Assembly: GCA_027483345.1 (NCBI GenBank)
Contig: JAIXUV010000208.1
Location: 1,612-65,611, forward strand
Direction: 5' to 3'
DNA from: Verrucomicrobiales bacterium
GTDB taxonomy: Bacteria; Verrucomicrobiota; Verrucomicrobiia; Limisphaerales; UBA9464
DNA: 64,000 nucleotides
Below the pieces are notes generated by a model. That model was not told the DNA's origin. It saw only the letters and a list, made by a program, of their open reading frames with translations, and made no database searches. Numbering within the stretch: position 1 is the first letter of the stretch; each line of letters opens with the position of its first letter. The translations under genes were made by a program, and so were the position numbers. Positions 47,033-56,722 of this stretch are shown here, piece after piece.

Positions 47033-48043
47033 ATGCGGGTCACGGCGATCATCTCGAACTTCAACGGCGCCCGCTTCCTGCCCAGGCTGATCGCCTCGCT
47101 CCAGGCGCAGGAGGGGGTCGAACTGGAGATCGTGGTCGTGGACCGCCAGAGCACCGACGGTTCGGCGGAGATCCTGGCGCGGCATCCGGGGATCCGGGTT
47201 CTTTCCGAGCCGCCGGAGACGGGACTCGTGGCCGGCTACCACCGTGGTGTCGCGTCGGCCGGTTCGGATCTCCTCTTCTTCAGCAACGAGGACATGTGGT
47301 TCGAACCGGGGTGCCTGGTGCGTTTGGCCGAAGCCATCGACCTGCCCGGCCGCGTCGCCGCCTCGGATGGCTGGCATTTCGGTTACGACCACGACGCCTT
47401 CCTCCATGGCGCCACGCGTTTCCAGAGGGTGCCGTGGGCGATCAATTCGCCCTATCCGCGCCGTTCCGCGGACTTCGAGGTTCCGCTGCCGGCCGGCTCC
47501 GAGGTTCCGTTTCCCTGCGCGGGCGCCTTCATGATCCACCGCAGCGTCTACGAGGAGCTCGGGGGTTGGGACACCGGCTTCTTCCTCGACCACGAGGACA
47601 TCGACCTCTTCATCCGGGCCTGGCAACGCGGCTGGATGACGGTCTCCGTCCCGGAGGCCCGGATCCACCACGCGATCAACGCGTCGAACAACCATTCGCT
47701 TTCGAAGCTCAACGTGTCGGTCAGCGAGCGCCGGTACATCTCGCAGCGGTCCAACCTGTCCGTCATCGCGTTGAAGTACTTCTCAATCCGGGCGCTGCCC
47801 CTCGCGGCCTTCGTCTGGCCCGTGGTGTTCCTCAACAACCTCAAGTCGGGTCGGTGGTCGGTGTTGCGCCGCGACTTCCAGGCCCTTGCCGAGATCTTCC
47901 GAAGGGCACCGGCGGCGATGCGCTTCCGCCGTTCCAACATGGCTTGGAACCGCAGCCATCCCGGCGAGGACTTCTTCCGGGAGGCGCGCTTCCAGCGGAT
48001 CGTGCCGGTGGATCCCTCCGCGACCGCCCGTCCCGCCGCTTGA
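47033..48043 (+). CDS. family 2 glycosyltransferase
   Basis: VTAIISNFNG, VVDRQSTDGS, NEDMWFE (DxD-like), GAFMIHRSVYEELGGWD. Confidence 0.8.
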   Translation: MRVTAIISNFNGARFLPRLIASLQAQEGVELEIVVVDRQSTDGSAEILARHPGIRVLSEPPETGLVAGYHRGVASAGSDLLFFSNEDMWFEPGCLVRLAEAIDLPGRVAASDGWHFGYDHDAFLHGATRFQRVPWAINSPYPRRSADFEVPLPAGSEVPFPCAGAFMIHRSVYEELGGWDTGFFLDHEDIDLFIRAWQRGWMTVSVPEARIHHAINASNNHSLSKLNVSVSERRYISQRSNLSVIALKYFSIRALPLAAFVWPVVFLNNLKSGRWSVLRRDFQALAEIFRRAPAAMRFRRSNMAWNRSHPGEDFFREARFQRIVPVDPSATARPAA

Positions 48044-48076
48044 CCGCCCGGGGCTTCCCGCCGATAGATCTTCGCG

Positions 48077-48535
48077 TTGTCGCTCCCGGTTCCATCTGGT
48101 TCCCTCAGGTTCGGTCTCCGTTTCTTCGCGGGGATGCTCGCCTTGCTGTGGGTGCTTTCAGGATCCCTGTGCGCCTACCATTGCAGTCACTCCGAACGCG
48201 GCTCCCAGATCGACAACGGGTCGGTCCAGACGGCCCACGGATGCTGTCACAAGGGCGGGGATCCAAGGGATCCGTCTCCCGGCAAAGGCGGTGATTCCGA
48301 TGTCTCCTGCGTGATCCTGGCGCTGGCCGCGGGTTCACCGAACGGTCCAGCCGAAGGAGTCGCCTGGATTCCGTCCTCCGCGGTTCCCTTCGAGCTGATC
48401 TCCTCCATCAGCCTGGCCTCTCCGAGTTCGGTCGACGCGGCCATCTCCCCGGCACGCGCATCGGACAGGCCTTCTCTCCCGGCGGAGTTCCTGGGCCCGG
48501 CATTCCGTTCGCTGGCTCCCCCTTCGGTTTCCTGA
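48077..48535 (+). CDS. possible small membrane-anchored Cys/His-rich protein upstream of the efflux operon
   Basis: TM segment FFAGMLALLWVLSG followed by CAYHCSHS...HGCCHKGGD. Non-ATG start (TTG 48077, or ATG about 48134). Weak coding evidence. Confidence 0.3.
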   Translation: MSLPVPSGSLRFGLRFFAGMLALLWVLSGSLCAYHCSHSERGSQIDNGSVQTAHGCCHKGGDPRDPSPGKGGDSDVSCVILALAAGSPNGPAEGVAWIPSSAVPFELISSISLASPSSVDAAISPARASDRPSLPAEFLGPAFRSLAPPSVS

Positions 48536-48694
48536 CCGTCCCGGGTGCCTCTTGCCCCGGATCGGTTCGCGTCGACTTCGCCCTCCCGTGGCGCGCGTCC
48601 ACGGATTCCACGGCTACCGCTCCCGGCGGGCCGCCTTCCTCCCCATCCCGTTCCGTTTTCATCGGGTCCCCCGAAGGACCCATCCGTTCGTGTC

Positions 48695-50008
48695 ATGAAG
48701 AATTCCTTACCGAGAGTTGCGGTAGTGGTTGCCGTCGTCGTGGTCCTGTCGGCGGGTTCCATCCCTGCGGACGCCGAGCCGTTGTCCCCGGCCTTGGTGA
48801 CCCGCCTGGCCGAGCCGCTGCGGACCGGGCATCCCGGCCTCCGCGCCCTGGCCCGGCACAGCGATGCCGCACAGTCCGCCGCCGCGTCCGTCCGCATCTG
48901 GGCGGATCCCACCCTCAAGGCCGGGGGCGCCGCGATGGGATCGCGCGGGCCCATGGCCACCCAGGACGGCGACATCGTGTTGGGCCTGAGCCAGGACCTC
49001 CCTTGGATGGGGAAAGAGACCGCGCGGAGATCCGTCGCCCGGGAGGAAGCCCGTTCCGCCCAGGTCATGGAGGAGGCCCGGTGGATCGAATTGCGACGGG
49101 ACCTCTCAGCGGCGCTGGCGAATGCCGCCCTCTCGGATCGCCTGTTGGGGTTGGCGAAGGACGAGGCCGCGTGGCTGCGCCGCATGGAGGAGGAGGCCGC
49201 GTCCCAGCACGCCTCCGGGACCGGGGAGGCGGTGGCGCTGCTCCGGATCGCCAACGAACGTTCCCGGGCTGCGCTCTCGGTCACCAACGGAGAGGGGTTC
49301 CGGCTCGATGCGCGCGCGACGTTGGAGCGATTGCTCGGACGTCCCGCGGTCGATGGCCTTCTGACCCTGGAGCTGCCCCCGCCGCTGTCCGAGATCCGGT
49401 TCGCGCCGGAACTGGTCGCGGTCGCGATGAACGCCGAGCCGCGTCTCCGGAGGGCACGACGCCGGACCAAGGAGGCCGCGGTCCGGATCGAGTCGGCACG
49501 CCGCGCTGGGCGCCCGGACCTCGCGCTGGGTGTCGACTCCCGCCAGTACTCCGGGGACGCCGGGCTGCGCGAGGCGATGGTCACCCTCAGCATGAGCCTT
49601 CCCTGGTTCAACCGTTCCCGGTACCGCGGCGAACTCGATCGGGAACGCTTCTCCGCCGAGGCGGCGCGGCTCGAACAGGTGGACCTGGAAACCGAGGTCG
49701 CCGCCGAGGTCCACCACCTGGTCACCGCCATCAACTCCGCCGGACGCGAACAGCGTCTCCATCGCGAAACGCTCCTGCCTCGGATCCGCGCCGCGCTCGA
49801 GATCGAGCTGGGTCGCTGGTCCACGGGCCGGGGTGAATTCCGCGACCTCCTCGACCTCCACCGCATGCAGGTCGACGCCGAGGTCCGGCTCGCCCGCGCC
49901 GCCGCCGAACAGTGGAACGCGATCGGTGAACTGCTGCTCTGCTGTGGCCTCGACGATCTCGAAGCCTTTGTCGTCCCCGCTCCCCTGGCCGCTTCCGCCA
50001 AGCCATGA
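48695..50008 (+). CDS. cusC: TolC/CusC-like outer-membrane efflux protein
   Basis: Signal peptide MKNSLPRVAVVVAVVVVLSAGS. Helical repeat pattern. Position upstream of the adaptor and RND pump, with an ATGA overlap. Confidence 0.7.
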   Translation: MKNSLPRVAVVVAVVVVLSAGSIPADAEPLSPALVTRLAEPLRTGHPGLRALARHSDAAQSAAASVRIWADPTLKAGGAAMGSRGPMATQDGDIVLGLSQDLPWMGKETARRSVAREEARSAQVMEEARWIELRRDLSAALANAALSDRLLGLAKDEAAWLRRMEEEAASQHASGTGEAVALLRIANERSRAALSVTNGEGFRLDARATLERLLGRPAVDGLLTLELPPPLSEIRFAPELVAVAMNAEPRLRRARRRTKEAAVRIESARRAGRPDLALGVDSRQYSGDAGLREAMVTLSMSLPWFNRSRYRGELDRERFSAEAARLEQVDLETEVAAEVHHLVTAINSAGREQRLHRETLLPRIRAALEIELGRWSTGRGEFRDLLDLHRMQVDAEVRLARAAAEQWNAIGELLLCCGLDDLEAFVVPAPLAASAKP

Positions 50009-51765
50009 AACCGCTCCCCCTTTCCATCCTCTGCCTCCTCCTCGGCGCCGCCGCCGGCGCGTTCCTTCACGACCGGCTCGGGCACTCCGCGTCCAAGGCC
50101 GCCGCACCCGACCCAGGCGCGCCGGGAGGACGCCGGATTCGGTTCTACCAGTCCCCGATGCACCCGTGGATCAAGTCCGACAAACCCGGACGCTGCACGA
50201 TCTGCGGAATGGACCTCGCCCCCGTCTACGAGGGGGATGCGGGCATCGCCGACCTCCCGGGACGGGTGACGCTCGGCACCAATGCGATCCAGGTCCTGCA
50301 CGTCGCCTCGGTTCCGGCGGCCACCAACCCGGTGGCCCTACGTCTCGCGCTTTCCGGCACGGTGGACGACGACGAGTCCGCCCATCGGGTCGTCTCCGCC
50401 CCCTTCGATGCGCGGATCGAGCGCCTGGACGTCCAGGCCGTGGGCGAGGAGTTGGAGGCGGGCCGGAGGATCGCCGTGGTCTATTCGCCGACGCTGCTCG
50501 CCGCCGAACGCGAGTACCTGTCGCTGTTGCGGGCCGGTTCCACCGGTGCTTCCGGCAGCCCCGGAACCGGCGTGGACCGGCTTCTTCCCGCGGCACGCCG
50601 CAGGTTGCTCCAGATGGGACTGCTTCCGGCCCAGATCGACGCCCTTCCTTCCAAGGATCCCGGCTTGGACACCTCCGAGCTTCTGGCTGCCGTCGGCGGG
50701 ACGGTCGTGATGAAGACGGCCTTCGCGGGTCAGTACGTGAAGGAAGGGGATCCGCTTTTCGAGACGGCCGACCTCGGCACGATGTGGGTCCAGCTCGTGG
50801 CCTATGAATCCGACCTCCCGTGGATCCGGCCCGGACAGTCCGTCTCGCTGCGCGTGGATTCGGTCCCGGCCCGCGTCTTCGAAGGCCGCGTCGACTTCAT
50901 CGATCCCAACCTGGATCCCGCCAACCGCAGCACCCGTGTCCGGGTCGTGGTGGCGAATCCCGTGGTTCCCACCGGAGAAGGGCCGCGCCGGCTCCTGCGT
51001 CACCGCGTCACCGCGACCGCGCAGATCGAGGCGGGTTTCGAAGCCCTGTCCGTGCCCCGTTCCGCGGTGTTGCGCGGTGGCGGCCCTGCGGTGGTGTACG
51101 TCGACCATGGAGGCGGATCGTTCGAGCGCCGTGAGGTCCGGGTGGGACGGATCGGCGACCAACGCCTTGAGGTCCTCGCAGGGCTCGAGGAAGGGGAACG
51201 GGTGGTCGTCGAGGGCGCCTTGATGATCGACGCCCAGACGCAGCTGAACCGGCCCGCGGATTCCGCTGCCGATTCGCCGGCCACGTCGAAAGCGGGTTCC
51301 GGATCCTCCGAGGCGATGCCGCCCGGACTGCTCGCCTGGCTCGGATTCTCGGACCGGATCGCGGCCACGCTCGCCGGCTCGGACATGTCCGCCTTCCGGA
51401 AGGAGGTCGCACATTATGACCCTATCCGGGCTGATGCCGTGGCTTCGCTGGCAGGGCGGTCGGACGCCCTGAAGGAAGCGGTGGATTCGCTTCCCGCCCC
51501 GCCCGATGCGCAGGCGCTGTCGGGGATCGAGGAGGCGCGGCGATGGTTCGTCGGATTCGGCCGCGCTTCCGCGGTGGTGGTCGGCGCGGCCCGTTCCCTC
51601 GGGATCGAGGTGCCGTTCCGCATCTACCAGTGCCCGATGGTTTCGACGGCCTTCCCGGGGGCTCCCAAGCGGGCCGTGTGGATCCAGTCGGGTGCCGAGG
51701 TCCGCAATCCCTACTTCGGTGCGGCGATGCCCGACTGCGGCACCGAACTCCGGGAGGTCCGGTGA
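50005..51765 (+). CDS. cusB: RND periplasmic adaptor (CusB-like) with N-terminal heavy-metal-binding domain and C-terminal DUF3347-like domain
   Basis: YQSPMHPWIKSDKPGRCTICGMDL (HMBD). Barrel-sandwich/beta-barrel core. C-terminal YQCPM...GAAMPDCG. Confidence 0.8.
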   Translation: MKPLPLSILCLLLGAAAGAFLHDRLGHSASKAAAPDPGAPGGRRIRFYQSPMHPWIKSDKPGRCTICGMDLAPVYEGDAGIADLPGRVTLGTNAIQVLHVASVPAATNPVALRLALSGTVDDDESAHRVVSAPFDARIERLDVQAVGEELEAGRRIAVVYSPTLLAAEREYLSLLRAGSTGASGSPGTGVDRLLPAARRRLLQMGLLPAQIDALPSKDPGLDTSELLAAVGGTVVMKTAFAGQYVKEGDPLFETADLGTMWVQLVAYESDLPWIRPGQSVSLRVDSVPARVFEGRVDFIDPNLDPANRSTRVRVVVANPVVPTGEGPRRLLRHRVTATAQIEAGFEALSVPRSAVLRGGGPAVVYVDHGGGSFERREVRVGRIGDQRLEVLAGLEEGERVVVEGALMIDAQTQLNRPADSAADSPATSKAGSGSSEAMPPGLLAWLGFSDRIAATLAGSDMSAFRKEVAHYDPIRADAVASLAGRSDALKEAVDSLPAPPDAQALSGIEEARRWFVGFGRASAVVVGAARSLGIEVPFRIYQCPMVSTAFPGAPKRAVWIQSGAEVRNPYFGAAMPDCGTELREVR

Positions 51766-54700
51766 TCTCCGCCCTCATCCGTTGGTCGCTCGCGAACCGC
51801 TTCCTGGTGCTGTGCGCCGCGTTGGCCGTCGCCGGCTTTGGCATACGCGCAGTCCGGGACACGCCGGTCGACGCCATTCCCGACCTGAGCGAAAACCAGG
51901 TGATCGTGTACGCCGACTGGGCCGGTCGCAGCCCGAGGGAGGTGGAGGACCAGATCACGTTCCCGCTGTCTTCGGGGCTCCGCGGCCTCGCCGGCGTCCG
52001 CGGCGTCCGGGCCACCAGCATGTTCGGGTTCTCGGTGATCACGGCGATCTTCGAGGACTCCATGGACAACTACTTCGCCCGGACCCGTGTGCTCGAGCGC
52101 CTCAGCCAGCTGACGGGGCAGCTGCCGGCGGGCGTGGTGCCCCAGATGGGGCCGGACGCCACGGGTCTTGGATGGGTGTTCCAATACCATCTCACCGTGG
52201 ACCCGACGAAGGCTCCCGATGGCGGATACGACCTGGGACGCCTCCGGGCGATCCAGGACTGGTTCGTGCGATTCGAGCTCGGTTCCGTTCCCGGAGTGGC
52301 CGAGGTCGGTTCCATCGGCGGTTTCGTCCGGCAATACCAGGTCGAGGCCTCCTCGACCCGGCTCCGCGAACGGGGACTCGCCCTCGGCGACGTGCTCGCG
52401 GCGGTCGGTCGGGCGAACCTGAACGTGGGCGGCAAGGTGATCGAGGAGAACGGCCTCGAGCTGGTCGTCCGCGGCGCGGGACTGGTGCGTTCGGTCGACG
52501 ACCTGGAGCGGATCGTGGTCGGTTCCGGGACGTCCGCGCCGGTCTACCTCCGCGACGTGGCCACGGTCCGGATCGGAGGGGAGTTCCGGCGGGGGACCCT
52601 GGACGTGGACGGACAGGAGGCGGTGGGTGGTGTCGTCGTGATGCGCAACGGCGAGAACGCGCGCGAGGTCATCCGACGTGTCCAGGAGCGGATCGCTAAG
52701 ATCCGCCCCAGCCTGCCGGAAGGTGTCGGCATCGAACCGTTCTACGACCGTTCCGACCTCATCGACCGCACGCTCGACACCCTCAGGCACGCGCTTTGGG
52801 AGGAGGTGCTCCTGGTCACCCTGGCCCACATCCTCTTCCTCTGGCATTTCCGCAGCATCCTGATCGTCACCCTGCCGCTGCCTCTCTCGATCCTCGTGGC
52901 GTTCGTGCTGATGCAGGTCTTCGGCATCTCCTCAAACATCATGTCGCTGACCGGCATCGCCATCGCGATCGGCGTGCTGGTGGACGCCGCGATCGTCATG
53001 ACCGAGAACGTGCTCCGGCACTGTGAACGCGCGGAGGCGGAATCCCTCGCCCGCGGCGGCGGGCCCCTGGACGCGGCGACGCGCCTGCGGCTCACCCTGG
53101 AGGCTTCGGTCCAGGTGGGACGGCCGGTGTTCTTCGCGATGGCGATCATCCTCCTCGCGTTCGTGCCGGTCTTCTCGCTGTCGGGTCGAGAGGGAAAGCT
53201 CTTCCACCCGCTGGCCTTCACCAAGACCTTCGCGATGCTGGGTTCGACGGTGTTCGCCGTGACGTTGGTCCCGGTGCTGTGCTCGTTCCTGGTCCGGGGC
53301 CCGTTCCACCGCGAGGAGGACAACCTGGTGATGCGGTTCCTGCTGCGGCTCTACGACCCGGTCCTGGATGCGGCACTCCGCTGGCGCAAGACCGTCCTTG
53401 GCCTTGCCGGCCTGATGCTCGCGGCGGCGTTGGTCGTGGCCTTCGGCTTGCCGAGGTCGCTGCAGCAACGCGTGGAATCCGGCATGCCCCGTGGACTGGC
53501 TTCGCTGACCCGCGGCATGGGAAGCGAGTTCATGCCGCCGTTGGACGAGGGTTCGCTGCTCTTCATGCCGGTGCTGGCGCCGGGCACTTCGCTCACCCAG
53601 GTGAAGGAGATCCTCGCCTGGCAGGACCGCGAGATCCGGCAGCTGCCCGAGGTCGCGAAGGTCGGCGGCAAGCTGGGACGCTTCGAGACCGCGACCGACC
53701 CGGCCCCGGTGGAGATGATCGAGACGACCATCCTGCTGAAGCCCGAATGGATCGCCACGAACCGTCTGTGGCTGGGCTTCATCCCGGTCCCGTCGACGGT
53801 CCGCAACCCGGAGTGGCGGCCCGGGATCACCCGCAGGGAGATCGTCGACGAGTTGAGTCGCCGGCTTTCGGCGGTGCCGGGCTACGTCCCGGGATTCCTC
53901 CAGCCGATCGAGAACCGGCTGCTCATGCTCAGCACCGGCATCCGCGCACAGCTCGGGGTCAAGGTGCTCGGCGACGACCTCGACGCCCTGCAGCGCATGG
54001 CCTTCGAGGTCGAGCGGGTGGTGCGGACGGTGCCCGGAGCCGTCGGCGTCGCGCCCAGCCGCGTCCAAGGCAAACCGTATCTCGAGATCGAGGTCGACCG
54101 AGTCCGCGCCGGCCGCTTCGGTCTCGATGTCCAGGACGTGTTGGAGGTGGTGGAGACCGGCATCGGTGGCACCACCGTGGGAAACACCATCGAAGGCCGT
54201 GAACGGTATCCCATCCAGGTCCGGCTCGAGGCGTCCGAACGCGGCGACATCGACCGTCTCGGCGAACTGCTCATCCCGACCCGTGAAGGGGCCGCGATCC
54301 CGCTGGCCCTAGTGGCGGACATCCGCCGTGTGCCGGGGCCGGGCGAGATCGCCAGCGAGAACGGCCGGCTGCGGGTCTTCGTTCAGGCCAACGTCCAGGA
54401 CCGCGACCTCGCCGGCTTCGTCGAGGAGGTCCAGGAACGGCTCGAACGGGAGATCGTTCCGCGGCTGGGGAAGGGGATGACGCTCGAATACTCCGGGGAA
54501 CACGAGAACCAGATCCGCGCCGCCCGAACGCTGCGCTGGATGGTGCCGGTCGTGATCGGGGTGATCTTCGTGCTGCTCCAGATGGTCTACCGCTCCACAC
54601 GAGAGGCCGCCCATGTGCTGCTCGCCGTCCCCTTCGCCCTCTCCGGAGGGGTCTTCCTCCAATGGTGGCTCGGCTGGAACTTCAGCGTCGCGGTCTGGGT

Positions 54701-55061
54701 CGGCTACATCGCCCTTTTCGGGACCGCGATCCAGACCGGCGTCGTGATGGTGGTCTACCTCGACGAACAGGTCGAAGCCGCCCGCGCACGGCTCGGTTCG
54801 GCGTTCACCCGCGAGGACCTGCGGCAGGCGGTCAAGGACGGAGCCCGGCTGCGTCTGCGTCCGAAGGTGATGACCGTGGCCACCATCGTGGCCTCGCTCC
54901 TGCCGATCTTCTGGAGCCACCGCACCGGGGCCGAGGTCATGCAACCGATCGCCACCCCGGTCGTCGGCGGCATGGTCAGCAGCCTCCTGCACATCCTCGT
55001 GGTCACGCCGGTGATCTTCCTCTGGCTCCGCGAGCGCGACCTCGGCAAGGCCCGTCACTGA
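51762..55061 (+). CDS. cusA: heavy-metal RND efflux pump (CusA/CzcA family)
   Basis: VISALIRWSLANRFLV start (GTG overlapping the cusB stop). 12-TM RND architecture. SGRSPREVEDQITFPL. About 1,100 aa. Confidence 0.9.
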   Translation: MISALIRWSLANRFLVLCAALAVAGFGIRAVRDTPVDAIPDLSENQVIVYADWAGRSPREVEDQITFPLSSGLRGLAGVRGVRATSMFGFSVITAIFEDSMDNYFARTRVLERLSQLTGQLPAGVVPQMGPDATGLGWVFQYHLTVDPTKAPDGGYDLGRLRAIQDWFVRFELGSVPGVAEVGSIGGFVRQYQVEASSTRLRERGLALGDVLAAVGRANLNVGGKVIEENGLELVVRGAGLVRSVDDLERIVVGSGTSAPVYLRDVATVRIGGEFRRGTLDVDGQEAVGGVVVMRNGENAREVIRRVQERIAKIRPSLPEGVGIEPFYDRSDLIDRTLDTLRHALWEEVLLVTLAHILFLWHFRSILIVTLPLPLSILVAFVLMQVFGISSNIMSLTGIAIAIGVLVDAAIVMTENVLRHCERAEAESLARGGGPLDAATRLRLTLEASVQVGRPVFFAMAIILLAFVPVFSLSGREGKLFHPLAFTKTFAMLGSTVFAVTLVPVLCSFLVRGPFHREEDNLVMRFLLRLYDPVLDAALRWRKTVLGLAGLMLAAALVVAFGLPRSLQQRVESGMPRGLASLTRGMGSEFMPPLDEGSLLFMPVLAPGTSLTQVKEILAWQDREIRQLPEVAKVGGKLGRFETATDPAPVEMIETTILLKPEWIATNRLWLGFIPVPSTVRNPEWRPGITRREIVDELSRRLSAVPGYVPGFLQPIENRLLMLSTGIRAQLGVKVLGDDLDALQRMAFEVERVVRTVPGAVGVAPSRVQGKPYLEIEVDRVRAGRFGLDVQDVLEVVETGIGGTTVGNTIEGRERYPIQVRLEASERGDIDRLGELLIPTREGAAIPLALVADIRRVPGPGEIASENGRLRVFVQANVQDRDLAGFVEEVQERLEREIVPRLGKGMTLEYSGEHENQIRAARTLRWMVPVVIGVIFVLLQMVYRSTREAAHVLLAVPFALSGGVFLQWWLGWNFSVAVWVGYIALFGTAIQTGVVMVVYLDEQVEAARARLGSAFTREDLRQAVKDGARLRLRPKVMTVATIVASLLPIFWSHRTGAEVMQPIATPVVGGMVSSLLHILVVTPVIFLWLRERDLGKARH

Positions 55062-55379
55062 GGAGACGGGTGCGTTTCGAGGGTCCGAGGCGGTATTCGC
55101 GCAGGCCGGTGGGGCGGGCCGTGAGGAGGTGTCGGAGGGAGCAGGAACCGGAATTCTCAGCGGTCCGCCCTCCGGAGCTGGCAGAAGGGTGGATGCCGGT
55201 GGCAGAACTTCCGGGTGCGCCGGAATGGTGGTGCTCCGTGGTGTTGGTCGTTGAGCCCAGCACGTCGGTGCGCAGACTCGCGGGGTTCCAGTGGCAAATC
55301 AGAGTCCGCTCCGGTTGGAGACGGCGATGGGACTCTCGGCGATGGTCGGAATCAGCCCTGGTGCAGAAGGCCGAAACAG

Positions 55380-56720
55380 ATGCAGACACGGATCCAAACC
55401 TTGAAGAACTCGCTCCTTGCCTTCGTGTCCGGCGTCCTCGTCGTCGCCTCGTCGTCGGCCGTGGTTTCTGCAATGACGACGGAGGGCCTCGCCGAAGGCG
55501 CCACCGCCGGCGACACGGCCTCCGCTTCGAATCCGCGGTCGCTCGGTGACTCGACGGTTTCGTTGGAGAACCCGGCGAGGTCGGTCACTTCGCCCCGGCA
55601 AGGCACGGCGCCGACTCGGGCGGAGCTGCGTGCCGCCATCGAGCGGGGGTTGGTGTTCCTGCAAAAGGCGCAGAACACCAACGGCTGGTGGTCCACGCCG
55701 GACCAGCCCGCGATCACGGCCCTGGTCCTGACCGCCATGAACCTGGAACCGACCCAGAGATTCCAGCGAAGCCGGACCTCCGAGATGAGCCGGGGGTTCG
55801 ACTACATCCTCTCCTGCGTGAAGGAGGATGGTTCCATCCACCGGATCGGCTTGGCGAACTACAACACCTCGCTCTCGCTGATGGCGCTGATCTCGGCTGC
55901 CGACACCAACTTCCTGCCGGTCATCCTGAAGGCCCGCGGGTTCATCGCCGCCAGCCAGATCGACATGGGGGTCAAGGGGACGAACGACACGCCGTTCGAC
56001 GGTGGTGTGGGCTACGGCAGCAAGTACCAGCACTCCGACATGAACAACACGCTCGTGGCGATCGAGGCGATGCGTGCTTCCGAGGCGCTTCTACCGAGGG
56101 AGTACCCATCGGCCGTTCAGCCATCGCCGGACTCCGATCTGAGGAACGTGCCGTTGCCCGACTTGGACTGGAAGGCGGTGGCCCGCTTCCTGGCGAACTG
56201 CCAGAACCTTTCCGGAACCAACGCTTCCGACCGGGTTTCGAACGACCCAAAGGACCGGGGCGGCTTCTTCTACTACCCTGGTCACAGCATGGCCGGCGCG
56301 GTCACCAACCCGGTCACGGGGAAGGTGGCCCTGCGCAGCTACGGCAGCATGAGCTACGGCGGTCTGTTGAGCTTCATCCACGCCCGGATGAGCCAGGACG
56401 ATCCGAGGGTGGTCGCCGTCCGGGACTGGCTTCGGTCGAACTACACGATCGAGGAGAACCCGGGCATGGGGCAGCAGGGCTACTTCTACTACCTGCACCT
56501 GATGACCAAGGCGCTGGCGATCGCGGAGGAGGGTCGCCTCCGGTTGTCCGATGGCACGGAGGTTCCCTGGCAGTCCCAGGTCGCCGGGCGACTCCTGCGG
56601 CTTCAGGGGGCGGATGGCTCGTGGGTGAATCCCGAGCCGCGCTGGTGGGAGGCCGATCGCGTCCTCGCCACTTGCTACGCCGTGATGACGTTGGAAACGC
56701 TGGACCGAAGGATGCCTTAG
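55380..56720 (+). CDS. secreted prenyltransferase/squalene-cyclase-repeat protein
   Basis: Signal peptide. Repeated (alpha/alpha) barrel motifs: QNTNGWW, EDGSIH, GGVGYG, DRGGFFYYPG, ADGSWVN. Confidence 0.65.
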   Translation: MQTRIQTLKNSLLAFVSGVLVVASSSAVVSAMTTEGLAEGATAGDTASASNPRSLGDSTVSLENPARSVTSPRQGTAPTRAELRAAIERGLVFLQKAQNTNGWWSTPDQPAITALVLTAMNLEPTQRFQRSRTSEMSRGFDYILSCVKEDGSIHRIGLANYNTSLSLMALISAADTNFLPVILKARGFIAASQIDMGVKGTNDTPFDGGVGYGSKYQHSDMNNTLVAIEAMRASEALLPREYPSAVQPSPDSDLRNVPLPDLDWKAVARFLANCQNLSGTNASDRVSNDPKDRGGFFYYPGHSMAGAVTNPVTGKVALRSYGSMSYGGLLSFIHARMSQDDPRVVAVRDWLRSNYTIEENPGMGQQGYFYYLHLMTKALAIAEEGRLRLSDGTEVPWQSQVAGRLLRLQGADGSWVNPEPRWWEADRVLATCYAVMTLETLDRRMP

Positions 56721-56722
56721 TC

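Noticed and set aside
32555-50301. Other long antisense or overlapping ORFs in the track: 32555-34537, 34218-36347, 36140-37150, 38615-41284, 43225-45957, 45887-47695, 48247-50301. Also 56998-59151, 60570-61910 and 62052-63935.
   Set aside because: Each overlaps a same-locus gene on the other strand or frame that has clear family motifs (ftsY, PHP, nusB, hydrolase, phzF, MCP, porin, epimerase, cusC, HEAT protein, proC, perM). Their own translations are RGPA-rich with no recognisable domains.
55062-55379. The 318-nt GC-rich intergenic region after cusA was checked for a riboswitch (for example cobalamin: a GCCACUG-like box appears only on the minus strand), a tRNA or a small ORF.
   Set aside because: No consistent conserved riboswitch core could be assembled on the strand of the downstream gene, and there is no tRNA-like fold. 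It needs an Rfam/Infernal scan rather than inspection by eye.
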